Positions 1 to 13,632 of a DNA stretch of 64,000 nucleotides are shown here, piece by piece. A model generated the notes under the pieces. The model did no database searches. It worked only from the letters and a program-made list of their open reading frames with translations, and was not told the DNA's origin. Each line of letters begins with the position of its first letter. Positions within the stretch are counted from its first letter, which is position 1. This DNA is from Saccostrea cucullata (taxonomy: Eukaryota): assembly GCF_032062105.1 (NCBI RefSeq), contig NW_026921197.1:1-64000 (forward strand), in the 5' to 3' direction. The position numbers and the translations under genes were made by a program.

Positions 1-819
1 ATATATTTATTGATATTTTATCAAACATTAATTCTAATGTCTTTTCATTGTGAATTACAGCAAATAATATTATATATAGCATAAAATAATATTGCGGGTC
101 ATAGAATTAATAAGTGAAGAGCATTGTGCGATGTATATAGTTTATCCCACAATGCTCTATATATATGAATGTTTTGACCCACAATTATATACAATATTTA
201 TAATATTAACTCAAAAATTATATTATATATTACATAAGGACCATATATAACGCCTAAATCATGAATATGGCATATGTATGCAATGTAGAAATGCGAGATC
301 CCACATACCAGCTTAGAAGCTCGGTGCNNNNNNNNNNNNNNNNNNNNNNNNNNNNNNNNNNNNNNNNNNNNNNNNNNNNNNNNNNNNNNNNNNNNNNNNN
401 NNNNNNNNNNNNNNNNNNNNNNNNNNNNNNNNNNNNNNNNNNNNNNNNNNNNNNNNNNNNNNNNNNNNTTGATCCAGATAACTTTAACACTGATTTTGTC
501 CGTATAGACTCACTTTTTTAAATTAATTTTTATCACTTATTAGTTAAATTCCTTAATATGTCTTAATTTAAAAAAAATCAAAGTTAGAAAATGTAATGCA
601 TGAAAATGCTCTACCCGGTGTATCACACCATGGCAGTTACAATTAAATAGAAGTTTTTTTCATTAATTTTATCTAGCATTAGATAATCTAAAAATAATAA
701 ACAGGAAAACACATGATGACTTTTAACAGCTTACCTTTACGGCGTGGAAATAAAGTAAAAATATAATGCATCTGAGTGTCAAATCGAAGAGCTTTCCTCG
801 ACTTAAAACTGGCACATAT

Positions 820-1862
820 CGCAACTAGGTTAAGGGCTACCCGAAGGTAGATCAGTGTATGCAGAGCCTCAGGAATCCGATTATGACGTCACGGTGAAAA
901 TGTACAAATGAATCTCGGCGAATAAATAATAATTTTCTTTTTCTTATACTCTTATATACTTTGATTTCTCATAATTATTGTAAATATAAATCAATTTGTA
1001 ACTTATCTTGTCATTTTAACACTATTTTAATCTAAAATCAAAGCCAACTTGATCTCGCTGTACAAACAGTCATAGGCTAGTTTGACACGCAGTTTCTCTG
1101 TACTTGAGACGCAGATCAAGCTATAAATGGAACTGAAAAATATGAAAATTAAAACTAAATGAGCGTGATATGACTGAAATTGATTCATATTTTTGAATGC
1201 ATTAATCAATACTTTACAGTCTTATTTAACTGAGTACTATCAAATCTCTTATAAAGCCGCAGTCATGCACTTTTATACAGAAACACACTACAATCACAGG
1301 TACTATCCTTCCAAAATCTCAAAATTCAACGATATCCGCTTGATTATAAATTATAATATTTTATACACTTGTAGCTACATGTACTATCCCTACTATTTTG
1401 AAAAGTGCTGGGAGCAAGTTGTGCGCTGTTGATATTTTCCGTAATTTTCCATTTCTTCAATGCGTATTGTGTAAATGCACATAGTTTATCAAAAGTCATC
1501 AGCTACATTTCATATAATTCCCGGGCATAGAAAAGTTGCTCCCAGCACTTTTAGGGTTTAAAAATTATCTTAAAGAAAACACAATCAATTTTATAGTGAA
1601 AAATAATCCGTATATCGTTGAACTTTTACGATCTTTGTATCCGTACATATTTCTTTTTATTTTATACATGTCACGTGACAAACAACTGATGTACGCAAAG
1701 TCGCTTTGGCCGAACTCGGTTGAAACCCCATACGTATACATATGCATTAGTATAATTCCTATTAAATTAAAACTCATGCTAATAAAAACATATCAACATT
1801 ATATTGGTTCTTTTTTAATATTTAAAGGCATATTTCCTATGGGCGGCCTTAACCTAGCTGCG
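820..1862. mobile_element. Non-autonomous TIR DNA transposon, CGCA...TGCG termini, 2-bp TSD (CMC/EnSpm-like)
   Basis: Left end CGCAACTAGGTTAAGG matches the reverse complement of right end CCTTAACCTAGCTGCG; flanked by AT/AT (818-819, 1863-1864); internal inverted repeat AAAAGTGCTGGGAGCAA...TTGCTCCCAGCACTTTT (about 1401-1551); no ORF. Confidence 0.7.
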
Positions 1863-2084
1863 ATGTGTACCTCTCTAATCAGCACACTGCCACCCTGTGC
1901 GGTCAACACCCCTCCCCCTTCTCCCCTATCCCCCTAAATGATAGCTCGGTCCGTGTGTGTTCATCGTCAACATACCTAAACTGCTCTCTCACCTTGAGTC
2001 AAACAGTATCTATTTTCGGGATTCTGTTCATACCTTGTGAGAACTACATGTACTCTCATAAAAGATTTTTTTTCGAAATCAGTT

Positions 2085-3240
2085 GAATATAAATTGTGCA
2101 ATTTATGGATAAAAAAAATCATTTCCTTTCGTGAATTTAAATAAAAATATTTTATAAATCAATTTAATGAAACAAAGTCCCTTAACTCAATCCGCTGATT
2201 TATATTATTTGTACAATGTTTCCATAATGTTTATGTAAATAAGTCTTTTCATGAACTTTAAAAAAAAATACTGCACTTTTGGTACATGAACTCTCGGATC
2301 ATTGTGTTTTCTTTCGGATCACCGGGTTTTCATCGGGTTACAGACAGAATAAATTCTAGTAGAAAAGATTGAAATAATTCTAACATACCAAACTTAGGAA
2401 ATTTGCTCGCATTATTTTTTTTTCTAAGGTATTTTACTATCATAATAAAAAAGAAGTCTGATTCTGCCGTGACCATGCAAGACAAGTAAATATATTGCAC
2501 CCAATCAATTTATAGTATTAATCCATTTAATGTCATACGTATATAACTTTATTTAAGAAGTCAACATTATTTTTGGCTATTTTGGTTAGATCATGATTAT
2601 CTAATTTTAAATTGGTTTACGGACTTTCAACATCCCGCCCTTCAAATATGTCTTATATGAGATTTCCGGGTAAGTCTAAAATATTTTTCAGGGTTAAATA
2701 ATTCATTTGCAATAAAAACAGTACACACAAAGTTTAATAGCAATGATTTATAATTATTTAGTCGGAAAAATCGCATTTCACTCTTTAATATTTGTTTATA
2801 ATTTTTTTTTTTTTGTTTTTTGTATTATAAAGAAAAAAAAGTATTTTATCATTTAATGTTTGTTAATTAATAAGAGGTTTTATGTATCTAATATATGAAT
2901 GTTTACATGTACATAAATGAGAACTTAGCAAACACGTACATGTACATGTGCAGTTGAAGCAGATTCATATTCTGTTGACACAGTTTACATGTATTAATGC
3001 AGAGCGCCATTATATTAACAATTATTAATATTTCAACTCAAGAAATTAAGTTTCTTGAACTATATAGTATTTTTAAGCCGATTTCTTTGGACCTTTCTTT
3101 CGGCCGGTCCTCTAGATATATTTTCCTTGATATTTTAATATTTGATTGCTATTTTTGGGTACACCTCTGATTGTAAGCTTTAAACATTAAGTACAAATAT
3201 TTAATTTATTGCGTAAATTTCTTCCGTGAAATAATTTAGT
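2085..3240 (+). repeat. Diverged interspersed repeat, inverted partner at about 6725-8485
   Basis: Collinear reverse-complement blocks, e.g. TCTGATTCTGCCGTGACCATG vs CATGGTCGCGGCGGAATCAGA, TTGGCTATTTGGTTAGATC vs GATCTAACCAAATAGCCCAA, CTTTCTTTCGGCCGGTC vs GACCGGCCGAAAGAAAG. Confidence 0.7.
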
Positions 3241-3619
3241 ACTTGTAAATAATTTTTTGGGTAAAATGTATATTTTTTCATCAATAATAATCTATTTATA
3301 GAGTTTCATAAATTTATAATAGTACCCGTGAGAAACGGCACATAATTATGCAAGGGATTTTTGTGCAACAGTTACACATGTTACATATATGTTAAAATAT
3401 CGATAATTCAAGTAGTCATAGTTCAACATTAAGATGAGAATTTCAACAAACAACTTTTGTAAAATTACCGGTGATCTCAATTTTTTATTATAATAATTAA
3501 ATATGCGTTACAATGTATAATTTAGATTTAAGGCTTTGCAAGTATTTTAATTAAAATATTGCAGTAAGTAATCATATAAATCTTTTCGTCTTGTCAGAAA
3601 ACGTTCCGCATTTTGAAAC

Positions 3620-3830
3620 AATCCTATCAGTTTTTGCGTTGATCCTATCGTGAAGATCGTTTATCAGGCCTATCGTGTTTTGCTTTTTCCGTGTTTTGCG
3701 TGTATCGTGTTTTGCGTTTATCCTATTCTGTCCTATTCTGTATTCTGTCCTATCGTGCGTGTATCCTATCGTATCGTGCGTGTATTCATATCGTATCGTG
3801 CGTGTATCCTATCGTATCGTGTATCCTGTA
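3620..3830. repeat. Degenerate TATCGTG/CCTATCG short-motif array (probable transposon subterminal repeats)
   Basis: Many copies of tatcgtg/tatcct; a reverse-complement cacgata array lies at about 8700-8795. Confidence 0.6.
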
Positions 3831-4569
3831 AAGAATAACGATGCGGGTACTGTATCTCTTCTGTTAGCAGAAAAATACATATTGCTGATACAATATATTG
3901 ATGTATTTATTTTCTTTAGTTTTTTGCTAGCATCATTAATTTCATGCGAGTTCTTACACGGACAAGTCCTTTTACCTTTTTTCTGCGTTTCTATACTACT
4001 GGATTAGTCCATTTGTCTTATAGGTTAGGGGTGACACTATTATTTTGCGCCAAACTGTCACGTGTAAGTTTTTTCGCCCGTTTCCTGGACTATTCTATTG
4101 AATGGAAATGCAAACTGCATGAATTACGTAAAGTTTGTTCTTTTCTATCGGAATCCTGGTCGAGCTTTCAAAAAAAAAAAAATAAATAAAATCAGTGACA
4201 TTGTAAAGTGATTTAGAAGTTTCATCATTTAAAGTAATAAAACATCTGATCATACCCCCCCCCCCTCCCTTCCAGGGGTTTCCATACCCCCCCCCCCTTC
4301 CAGGGGTTTCTCTCACAGAGTATTGACTGACTTGTATGAAAGTGTTATCTCTCACATTTCAGGATTGAGAAAACATGAATTGACAATTTTTTTTTTCTTA
4401 TGTTGACCAATCATCCCTGGGAAAACCTTCCTGAAATCTGCACCATTCATATATCGCCGTCAAGTTTGTTGGGTCATTTAAGGCTTTAATTATTGTTCCC
4501 ACGTTTCCAACAATCTTTGATGCTTTTGCATACCCAAGAAACTATTAAACATAATCTGCATGTCAGTCA

Positions 4570-6007
4570 TACCGTACAGTGGCTGGAACGTTATTGTTGC
4601 CAACTTACACGAACGATCACGTTACACGGACGATTCCGCACGATTAACGCACGATTAAACCTGTTACACGAACAATCCTTCACGCACACGATTCTACACG
4701 TTACACGATCTTACACGATTGTTAACGCAAACGCACGATTTTCACTCAAAATAGTACAAATTATTTAGGAATCAATATTTTCAAAACGAAATACGGCTTA
4801 TTACTTATTTAAGATTTCAAAGAATTATCACCATTATTTCATAGACGTTGAAGAAAAAACGGAAAATGATATTTCTGTAACTAAATATATGCAAGACTTA
4901 ATATTTTAGATTAAAAATAAATAATTCTAAGGTAATTCTAAAAAATAAATAAATGGATTTTGTTCGTTCTATTAGACAATGTACATGTATGTGGGTCGTA
5001 TAATTTGATTGAATTGGATATCATGATATGCATAAAGGGGGATACGATTGAACAAAAATGGCAGCATGGAATGACTTAAATTATAATTACAAATTGTATC
5101 CTTATTTTTCCATTGATTCAATGTCTGATAAACTTGCCAATTATTCAACTTTTTCATTTGCAGAAATTTAAAATTAATTAATTACAAATAGGCTCAAGAG
5201 ATAAACACAGATAATGAAAACTTCCGAAAATCATGCCGTGCCCATGTATATTTGTCGACTAACTAGTTATGTAGGCATTGAGAAATGTTTATTTCTTTGT
5301 AAAAAAAAATATTTATTTTCAATGAATTGATTTAAAGATTATCCTGACCATAATAAGAAGCAAATAATAATTAAAATAAGATTTTTCATAAAGGCGATTA
5401 AGATCTAAGTACGGTTTATCACAATATTGATCGCGCTATTTGACGAGAACTTAATATTGTACGACTTACTATATTGCTTGTTTACGGGCGATAATTAGTT
5501 CGTTCTGCATTCTATTATGTAAATTGCGCTTTTTCATTTTATTTGGATTTTAATTAATAAATTAAGAAAAACAAACAAGGGAAATACTCATTTTACATGT
5601 AACATTCCGATAAAAACTTACAAAACGAAATTTACACGATTCTAAACGCACGATCTCGCACGATTAAAAACGCACACGATTGAGTCTGATACACGAACGA
5701 TCTTTCACGTTACACGAACGATCGCTCACGATACACGAACGATTCTACACGATTGGTTTGTCAACAATAACGTTCCAGCCACTGTATAAGTAAAATTTTT
5801 AGCGAGGATTTAATTTTGGCATTATTAGCAAGGGTGTCGAGATCGCTAAAATTGGGTATCGCTAAAAATTAATTGCGTTTTATATGTAATAGTTTCTTTG
5901 TAAGCATTTGAAAATCGCTAAAATTACATCTCGCTAAAAGTAAAATAACAATTTTTAAGGAAAAATATCTAAATCTGCGTATCGCTAAAATTTCCACTTA
6001 TACGGTA
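4570..6007. mobile_element. Small MITE (about 230 bp, TACCGTATAAGT TIR) split by a nested insertion in its left TIR
   Basis: TACCGTA(4570-4576) + TAAGTAAAATTTTTAGCGA(5787-) reconstitutes the reverse complement of the right end TCGCTAAAATTTCCACTTATACGGTA (to 6007); internal CGCTAAA repeats. Confidence 0.75.
4577..5784. mobile_element. Non-autonomous Tc1/mariner-type element (1.2 kb), TA TSD
   Basis: Perfect 23-bp TIR CAGTGGCTGGAACGTTATTGTTG / CAACAATAACGTTCCAGCCACTG; TA on both sides; ACACGA subterminal repeats. Confidence 0.85.
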
Positions 6008-6724
6008 TTCCAAATTTCTTGCAGTTATCATATTTTCAGCTGTATTCCTCATAGCATATGCTGTATGCAGTTGAATATAATTCATTTATCCTTTACATGT
6101 GGCCATGTTTTCAAGCATTAAACAACTACTTCTCATGTAGCCAGGCTTTCCAGCATTAATAAAGTGTTTCCTTTATTTACGCCCTCCTCTAAAAACATGC
6201 ATTTTCAGACTCGCAGAGTGAGGTGCACATATTTACGTCGCAGGTTCGAATCTACAGCGGGACATGATCATGATTTCATTCTTTATTTGAGATACAAACA
6301 ATACATACGATTTATATAAAATGTGTTCATTTTCCATTGCTTTGATGTGCATCATACAACTTAAAATGAATGCATGATGTTTTGTGCAACATCTCTATAA
6401 TTTACTCCAGTGAAATAATTTAATCCCCTCCCCCTCTCCCAATGTAAGAGTTTATAGCTTATCATGCTTATAGGTTCTATAGATATTGATGGTTTTAGTC
6501 ATTATCTTTAAGCTGTTACTTGTGAATAGTTTAATTAGGGATATTTTAACATACATGTAATGGTTGCACAAAGATTTCGTAGATATTTGCTGTTTCTCAC
6601 ATGTACTATTATTATAAATGTATGAAACTCTATCAATAGATTTATTAATTCATTTCTGCACAAAAAGAAAATATATATATATATTTACATGTATTTGTAC
6701 ATGTACTTAATAAATTTATCTACA

Positions 6725-8485
6725 ATAAGTTATTTCATGGGAGAAATTTAGGCAATTAAAAAGAATATTTGTATTTAATGTCTAAAGCTCACAATCCGTC
6801 AGATAAAAAAATCGCAATTAAAATTTTAAAATCTTGTAACAAGAAAACATGTAATAGACCGGCCGAAAGAAAGGGTAAAAAAATCAGCTACAACAAAATT
6901 AATTAAATCATCATGATAGATATGTTATCAACTATACGAGGGGTATCAAAAAGTTCGTGGACTGAGGATTTGAAATTAGTACTATGAAGTCTGTGCTTTC
7001 ATAATTAATATAGAACATTAAACAACAGAAAATAAAGCAATGTTAAAAATTTTTAGCTTAATTGATACGTTCATTACTTGCCAATTTATTATACGTGTAA
7101 TATAAAAAAATACATTATATTACCACCCGGCGCTGTAGCTCTCTTATATGTAAACATTTATATATCAGTTCCTTAAAACCTTGTATTATTTACCAAAAAT
7201 AGAATGTATGATAATTTCTTTTCCTTACAAAACAGAACACAAAAATAATAGATAAATATGGGCATAGAAACATGCGATTTTTCCGACCATAAAATTAAGA
7301 AAAATAAAATTATAAATTATTGCTATTAGATATGAAAGCGTATTGCTGCCACTTAAAAAAACAATATCATAAGTCGTACGTAGGACATACTAAGTCGTAC
7401 GTACGAGATAATAAATCGTATGTTCGACATAATAAGTCGTACAAACGAGATACTAAGTCTTACAAACAAAGTACTATGTCGTAAGTACGACTTATTATGT
7501 CGTACATACAATTTATGATCTCGTACGTTCGACTTTTTTATGTCGTACGCACGACTTATTATGTCGTACGTACGACATATTATCTCATTCGCACGACTTA
7601 TAATCTAGCTCGTACGACTTAGTATCTCGTTCGTACAACTTAATATTATTTCGTAGGTACGACTTATTATGTCGTACATGTACGTATGACTTATGTCGTA
7701 CGTGCGACATAATATATCGTACGTACGGCTTAGAATTTCGTACATACGACTTAGAATCTCGTACGTACGACTTATTGCTTCGTACGTACGACTTATTATC
7801 TCGTATGTTCGACTTATTATCTTTTACGTATGACTTACAATTTTTTTTCAAGTGGCAGCAATATGCGTCCGTAATTCGACTTTTTTGTGTACTAACACTA
7901 AAAATACCGGTAGTCAAAATAGGTTGAAGTCCATTGGTAAATGGATTAAAACCCTGATTTTTTTTTCTTATTTAATATCATTTGAGGCATATAAGAGGAC
8001 AGACTGTTAAAAGTACTTTACTAATTGAAAAATAGATAAAAAAGATCTAACCAAATAGCCCAAATTCATTTTGAATTCTTAAATATTAAAGTTTCTCAAG
8101 GAAGGAAATCTAATAAAACTGTAAATTGATCATGTGTTTGATTTTCTTTCATGGTCGCGGCGGAATCAGACGGTTTCTTTTATTTAATTATTTTTACCTG
8201 CTTTTAAACCTTGAAAAACAATGCAAGCTAAATTTCATAGTTTAGAGCGTTGAAATTATTTTTTATATAAGCCTATTTCTAGGATTAATAAAAATGCTTT
8301 CAAGAATTAATTTTATCTGTATTATACAGTTAACCCGATGATCGGAAATCCATTTGCCATAAATACAGTTAAAAAAAGTTTTTAAAAATTCAGTTTCACG
8401 ATCATCATTGAAACTTGACTTAAATTATCTTTTATTTAAAATTAAAGAAAGGACATAATTTTAAATCCATAAATTGTACAATTAT
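6725..8485 (-). repeat. Inverted diverged copy of the 2085-3240 repeat, interrupted by insertions
   Basis: See 2085-3240; interrupted by the MITE at 7331-7873 and a TACGAGGG mariner-like end at about 6935. Confidence 0.65.
7331..7873. mobile_element. Foldback-type MITE with about 21-bp GTACGAC tandem repeats
   Basis: TIR core GCGTATTGCTGCCACTT / AAGTGGCAGCAATATGC; left half (ataagtcgtacgtacgagat)n, right half the reverse complement (tcgtacgtacgacttatt)n. Confidence 0.85.
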
Positions 8486-9642
8486 CTCTTTTATTATTTA
8501 GAATGAAATCTTTAACGGATGCTGTTCCCTCTGCGCTTTAATGTTTTTTTTTCCGATGCAGAAAATTAAGGCATGAACTTTTCTTTCCATTTTTCGGTTG
8601 AAGAAATCTTATTTTAGTCAACAAACCGAAAAGCAAAACTTGGAATACCACGCTAGTGTCTTCCTATAGCAAATATAAAAAGTGAGGATTTCCGAATATA
8701 CACGATAAACACAATACATGATAACGGAAAACATGATACCATAGTATACAATAGTATACACGTACGATACAATATGATACTCTCACGATAGGACACATTA
8801 GAATTGTAAAGAATAAAAAATTAAAAGTTTATAGTTTTGATCAGCAATGGTGCCTCTGTCAAAATTGATTTAGAATATCATGGCCTCTGGTTTAAAACAC
8901 AGACCAAATTTAATTGTTGGAAAGTTGTTACCACGTGACCTATAAGGTGCATGGTCCTTTTGTTCGTGATAGCTCTCTTTATTTTTGTGTAACAATTTCC
9001 TATTGAATAGTTTTTTCATATCATACACCTTAACGAAATAAGCAATACGCTATAGTGCAGGTTTACAAATTATCATCATAATCTTAAACATATTCCTTCC
9101 TCAATTGTGTTTACATGAAAAAGCTATTTTAATGCACGTTTTCATTGAAGAGAACACTAATATAAATAAGCAAATTCAAAGAATTTTGGTACCCCGCTTT
9201 CGGTGTCTTTGTGGGTGAGATGTCATATTTAATGCCATATTGTGTCAACTGTGAATGCCCTATCATACTGAGTATGTCATTCAGAATATTCACCTAAGTT
9301 GATATTATAAACGAAACGAATAAGATCAATGGTGAAGGTCAAGGAGTCAGAAATCATAGCATGATCGGAAATATGGTAATACACATGTCAAATAGGAAAG
9401 CCCTTCTCAATCAAGACGTGAAACACTGATGAACTCGAATGGCAACATAGCGAAGATTTAGTTTTTCTTAAATGCAAATTAAATATATTAGAACCCAAAA
9501 AGGGTCTTCTCACAAAAAATACGATTTTGAAATATGAAAGCCATGGCACCAAAAAAAACAATAGGTCAAACTCCAAAGTCAAAGTCAGATGGTTAACGTT
9601 CCCGATATCCAATGAAAGGTCTTTTAACAAGAATTATATATA

Positions 9643-10659
9643 TACTGAAAGAAGTAGAAATGCAGGGTAAACTTTTTAGGTGAATTAAATTTGTTATTCT
9701 TAAAATAATTTGTAGTGTTTTTATCTACTTTTAATTATAAAATAATATTTCAAAAAGACATAATTTAATTCCCACTTGATTTTGTCTAATAATTCATGAG
9801 TTATTAAAGCTCATATGACGATACTCTCTAAAAGTGAAAATCGAAAACTATCCTTGTCTTCAATGTCTCTCCCGTGCATCTGTCAGAGCCTTATTTCTCC
9901 TTTGCATGGAATTTCATCAGATTGTTTATCTTTCAAACCCTGACTATATTTGGCATGGGTAACCACGCAAAAACGGTGCGAGCAATCGCGCCAGTTAGAG
10001 GAATACAGCAGTAAGCTGACTGGCTCAAAGAACAAAATTGCGGATTGCTTTCTTTCAAATCTTGTATGAATGTAATGATTGTAATCGTCTACTGTATAAA
10101 TTGCTGTTTTTGTGGTAGTAATTATAAGGTGGCGATTTAAGAGATGACAGGACGAAAAACCCGCTCGTAACATGGCTCTGCTTCGCGTTAACGTCATCGA
10201 CACGGTTGATTGAAAACCATTCAAGACCCTCTGTTACAATGGGTAACAAGTTTTATTGGTGAAAATTTTCAAGCAACTGCTTAGTGAACAGTTGTTGCCT
10301 ATTTCATTAATTAGGCAATTTGAAAACTAGACCCCATTGAACTTCCGTTAACTGTGCCAAAATTGCAAGAAATTCATAAGGTCTCTTAATGTTGAAAAAC
10401 TATTTGCATACCTTATATGTATCAAATAATGCAACAAGATTTGTTGACAAACTCGTCGTTATCAAATTGTACGTGTTTGGGCTTTTAAGCGTTTTCCCTA
10501 CATGACCTTTTCATAAATTTTACGGTTGAGTAATTCTTAAAACTGATGTTGGTGCACAGTAACTAAATTTCTCTTCTGACTAATTTTTTTTTAATTTTTG
10601 GTCATGTTGTCATTTTTTTGGAACATTATGTTACCCTGCGTTTCTTTTTCCTTTCAGTA
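9643..10659. mobile_element. MITE family M1 copy 1 (TACTGAAAG TIR, TA TSD)
   Basis: TACTGAAAGAAGTAGAAATGCAGGGTAA vs TTACCCTGCGTTTCTTTTTCCTTTCAGTA; TA flanks; the host repeat unit resumes after it; internally similar to 18611-19820. Confidence 0.8.
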
Positions 10660-11081
10660 TATGTAAACTATGATAGCCCTATCCCTAACTGTCAACAGTT
10701 ATGATTAAGATTTGTTTTTTTTAAAGTAGGTCAAAGTCCAAGGTCAAAGGGTCAAAGTTCTTGGGATCCAATGAAAGGTGTTAAAGAAGAAATAAATATG
10801 TGAAGTATGAAAGCCCAAACCCTTACCATTCAAAGATAAGACGAGCATTAAAATTGTTAAAAAGTAATTCCAAGGTCAAGGTCAGAGGGCCAACGTTATT
10901 GTTATCCAATGAAAGGACTTTTCACATAGATTACATATATGAAGTATGACAGTCCTAGCCCTTACCGTTTCAGCGTATTAGTAAAGGTTATTTTTTTTCA
11001 TAAGTACAAAAATCTCCAAGGTCAAGGTCAAAATGTCAAAGTTGTTGGTATCAAATGAAAGATCTTACCACAAAAAATACA

Positions 11082-11767
11082 TACTGTAAATCGAGTGAAT
11101 TTGGTGCATACGTATTTTAGCGCAAATGCCATTGGGAATGCATTGGCGCAAATAAATTTTAGCGCTTCAACCTGCAAAAATCATATTAATGTGATATTTT
11201 TTATCCATTCCCGTATTTGACTTCTGGTAAGTCAAGCAAGGAAACACGATGGTGCTCCCCTATATGTCAACTTCAACGCAGAGTTGTAATCACATGGATG
11301 AGGCACATATATGTTATACTTTAGTTTCATTTTATTTGAAATAAAAAACATGGAGTATTTACGCATTATATTCAGATTAAAACAATGCATGCATAAAACA
11401 AATACTTGGATGAACGATAATAAATTATATTCAGGCATTTTTGTACGCTCAATTATCATGCTTGATTGAATAGTTTACCTTGAAGCGAAAGATGACTGAC
11501 ACGCTGAGAAGCCAAAATATGAAGGTGCTAATGATAAATATAGGGTAACAACTAACAAAAGTTTAATAAAATTATAATTTGGCAAAATTTCTCGATCGAT
11601 CCTACCATGTACAGAGCTAGTGTGTATATAAAACCCTTCGACATTACGTAATAGCGCCTCCCGGTTTACATGTAGATGTTTTTATGTGAAATCTTTGAAC
11701 ACAAACACAAAAAAATATTTAACAACCGCTCAAATTAATGGTGCGCCAAATATTTTCGTTTTCAGTA
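11082..11767. mobile_element. MITE with imperfect TACTG TIR
   Basis: TACTGTAAATCGAGTGAATTTGGTGCA vs the reverse complement of TGCGCCAAATATTTTCGTTTTCAGTA; interrupts the HINE array. Confidence 0.55.
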
Positions 11768-12262
11768 ATTGGAATATATGAAAGTCCTTTTATCTTTTGT
11801 GCAAGAATTATGGCTAAAGTAAAAGTGTCAAATTTTCTTGTAAAAGTGGGTAAAACTCCAAGATCAAGGAAAGTTCTTGTCTCAAAGATTATACTTGTGA
11901 TTTATTAAAGTCGTAGCTTCACTTAATCAAAAGTTATGGGCAAGGTTAGAGTTTTTGTGAAGGACGGAGGGACAGCTATACTGACTGACTAACGTACTGA
12001 CAGACGGACAGACGAATGAGATTTAATGTCCCCTCGATTTCGCAAGAGCAGGGGACAATACATTCCGTCAATACGTCCAAAGAACAGGTGACCATGAGTG
12101 TAAGAATAACAATTTGTTTTATTTTTATTTCAAGAGATATTCATGTTTTTTTTCATTATTAATTCTGTAATACTGATGTGGGAAGCGTTTTTTCTATGGG
12201 TCGATTAAGGTTACTTTTGCATTCAAATACTTGTATTATTCAACATCAAATCATAGTTTCAG

Positions 12263-12510
12263 ATATCGTTGATGAGGGTGATGGTATTGCTGAAAAAGAC
12301 AATAGAAGGCCCGGGAGTATCCGCAATTTGCTGTGTATTTTCATATCAGTGTCTGGTGTAATGCTGGTGGCAATCTCGATCTCTCATTTAACGCTGCTTA
12401 TTGTACAGAAGCAAAAGAAGAAATGTGGTGGAAATAATAGTCACCTAGATCAAAATGGCATCTATGAAATAGTAAATATACAAGACGATGCTCAGGAACA
12501 AAGAATGTAA
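12263..12510 (+). CDS. Terminal exon of a single-pass membrane protein (TM plus short tail with YEIV); upstream exons not confidently found
   Basis: tttcag acceptor at 12262, phase 1; DIVDEG...LLCIFISVSGVMLVAISISHLTLLIV (TM) QKQKKK (stop-transfer) ...GIYEIV...*; same layout as the terminal exons at 46602 and 62717. Confidence 0.6.
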
Positions 12511-13632
12511 TTGGTGCTTGAAGAAAATGGATCTCTTTGATTAGAGAATATTTTGTTTTTACTCAATCAAATTCAAAGAAAATCTGCGTAAACTTTTATA
12601 TATCTTTTTTTTTTGCCTTTTTTCTACTGGTTAACTTATTTTTTAGACCAGGTAATGGCAGCGACTTGCAATAGAATTTCCATTGCAATATATGTATTGT
12701 AAAAAACACTTTCAAGAGAAATTAAAATATATCTTTCTAACGTATTAAGTACAATTTATATGAAAATTATATTAAATAGTCAAAAAGAAAATTTATCTAG
12801 TCTTACTCTTTTTTGCAACATTGCAAACATTATCGACAATTTTGACTATTTATATTATTATACGAATCTTAAAACAGCTACACATTTTTCATCAAGAAGA
12901 GTTTCTCGGTATATCGGTACCAAAAAAAATTCACTGAGGTAAAGTGTATTTCAATTTATTAGATTAAACTTTACCTCTTTCGGTATTTTTTTTCAGATGA
13001 AACGTTAAAGATTATTCTTACTAATTGTATTTCGTATGAAGGTTGACTATATCAAAGTTATAAAACTTTCTTTTGATATAATATTTGATGAATAATGTCT
13101 ATTTTTAAAATGACGGTATGAATAAAAACAATTTAACAAACAAGAAGGGGAACAGATTCACAAGCTTTGCTAATCAGTTACGCAAAATATGATAATGTTT
13201 GATACCCCAAAATGACTAGAAAAATGTTTCTGTAAGACAAGACAATCAACGCATCATATGAAAAGGTTAGCAAAAAGATGGAATAGCAAACAAAATAAGA
13301 CAGCATCATAAGAAAAAGTTGGCAAAAAGATGATACATCTAATAAAACTGAAAGATTTCAAAATCTCCTAAACCAATGTTTATGTCGTAGATTTAAATAC
13401 ATAAATAAAATACCTTCAACATACTTTACAAAAGACCTTCAATCAACGCATCAAACACTGTGCGATATGAACTCATACAACTGTATGCTTAACTTCGTAG
13501 AACACATTTCAACAATCAGATGCGAACCAGTTTAATTACTGCGAACCAGGTTTTAAAAACTGTTTGAAACTGTAAAGTATGATTGTACAAAGCTTCTAGA
13601 AATAAATAAGCATAAAGGACTTTCTTATTTAA

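Larger units (their letters stand above)
9330..12058 (+). mobile_element. Helentron-associated non-autonomous element (HINE/DINE-like) with tandem CAAGGTCAAGGTCA units, carrying two nested MITEs
   Basis: Repeated about 130-140 bp units (tccaaggtcaaggtca...ccaatgaaagg...gtatgaaagccc); GACG/GACA microsatellite followed by the 3' hairpin TGTCCCCT...AGGGGACA (12027-12057). 5' boundary uncertain. Confidence 0.7.

Noticed and set aside
6212-6265. GGTTCGAATC B-box suggesting a tRNA (also near 14553 and 34352)
   Set aside because: No cloverleaf; probably SINE/TE remnants.
7370-7835. CRISPR-like regular about 21-bp repeats and ORF 7585-7917
   Set aside because: No unique spacers, no cas genes, eukaryotic context; it is the tandem interior of a MITE and the ORF is a repeat translation.
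8951-9290. Decayed signal (MVLLFVIALFIFV*) and EGF-like (WYPAFG) exons for the 12263 gene
   Set aside because: Cysteine spacing and splice sites could not be recovered; too weak to call.
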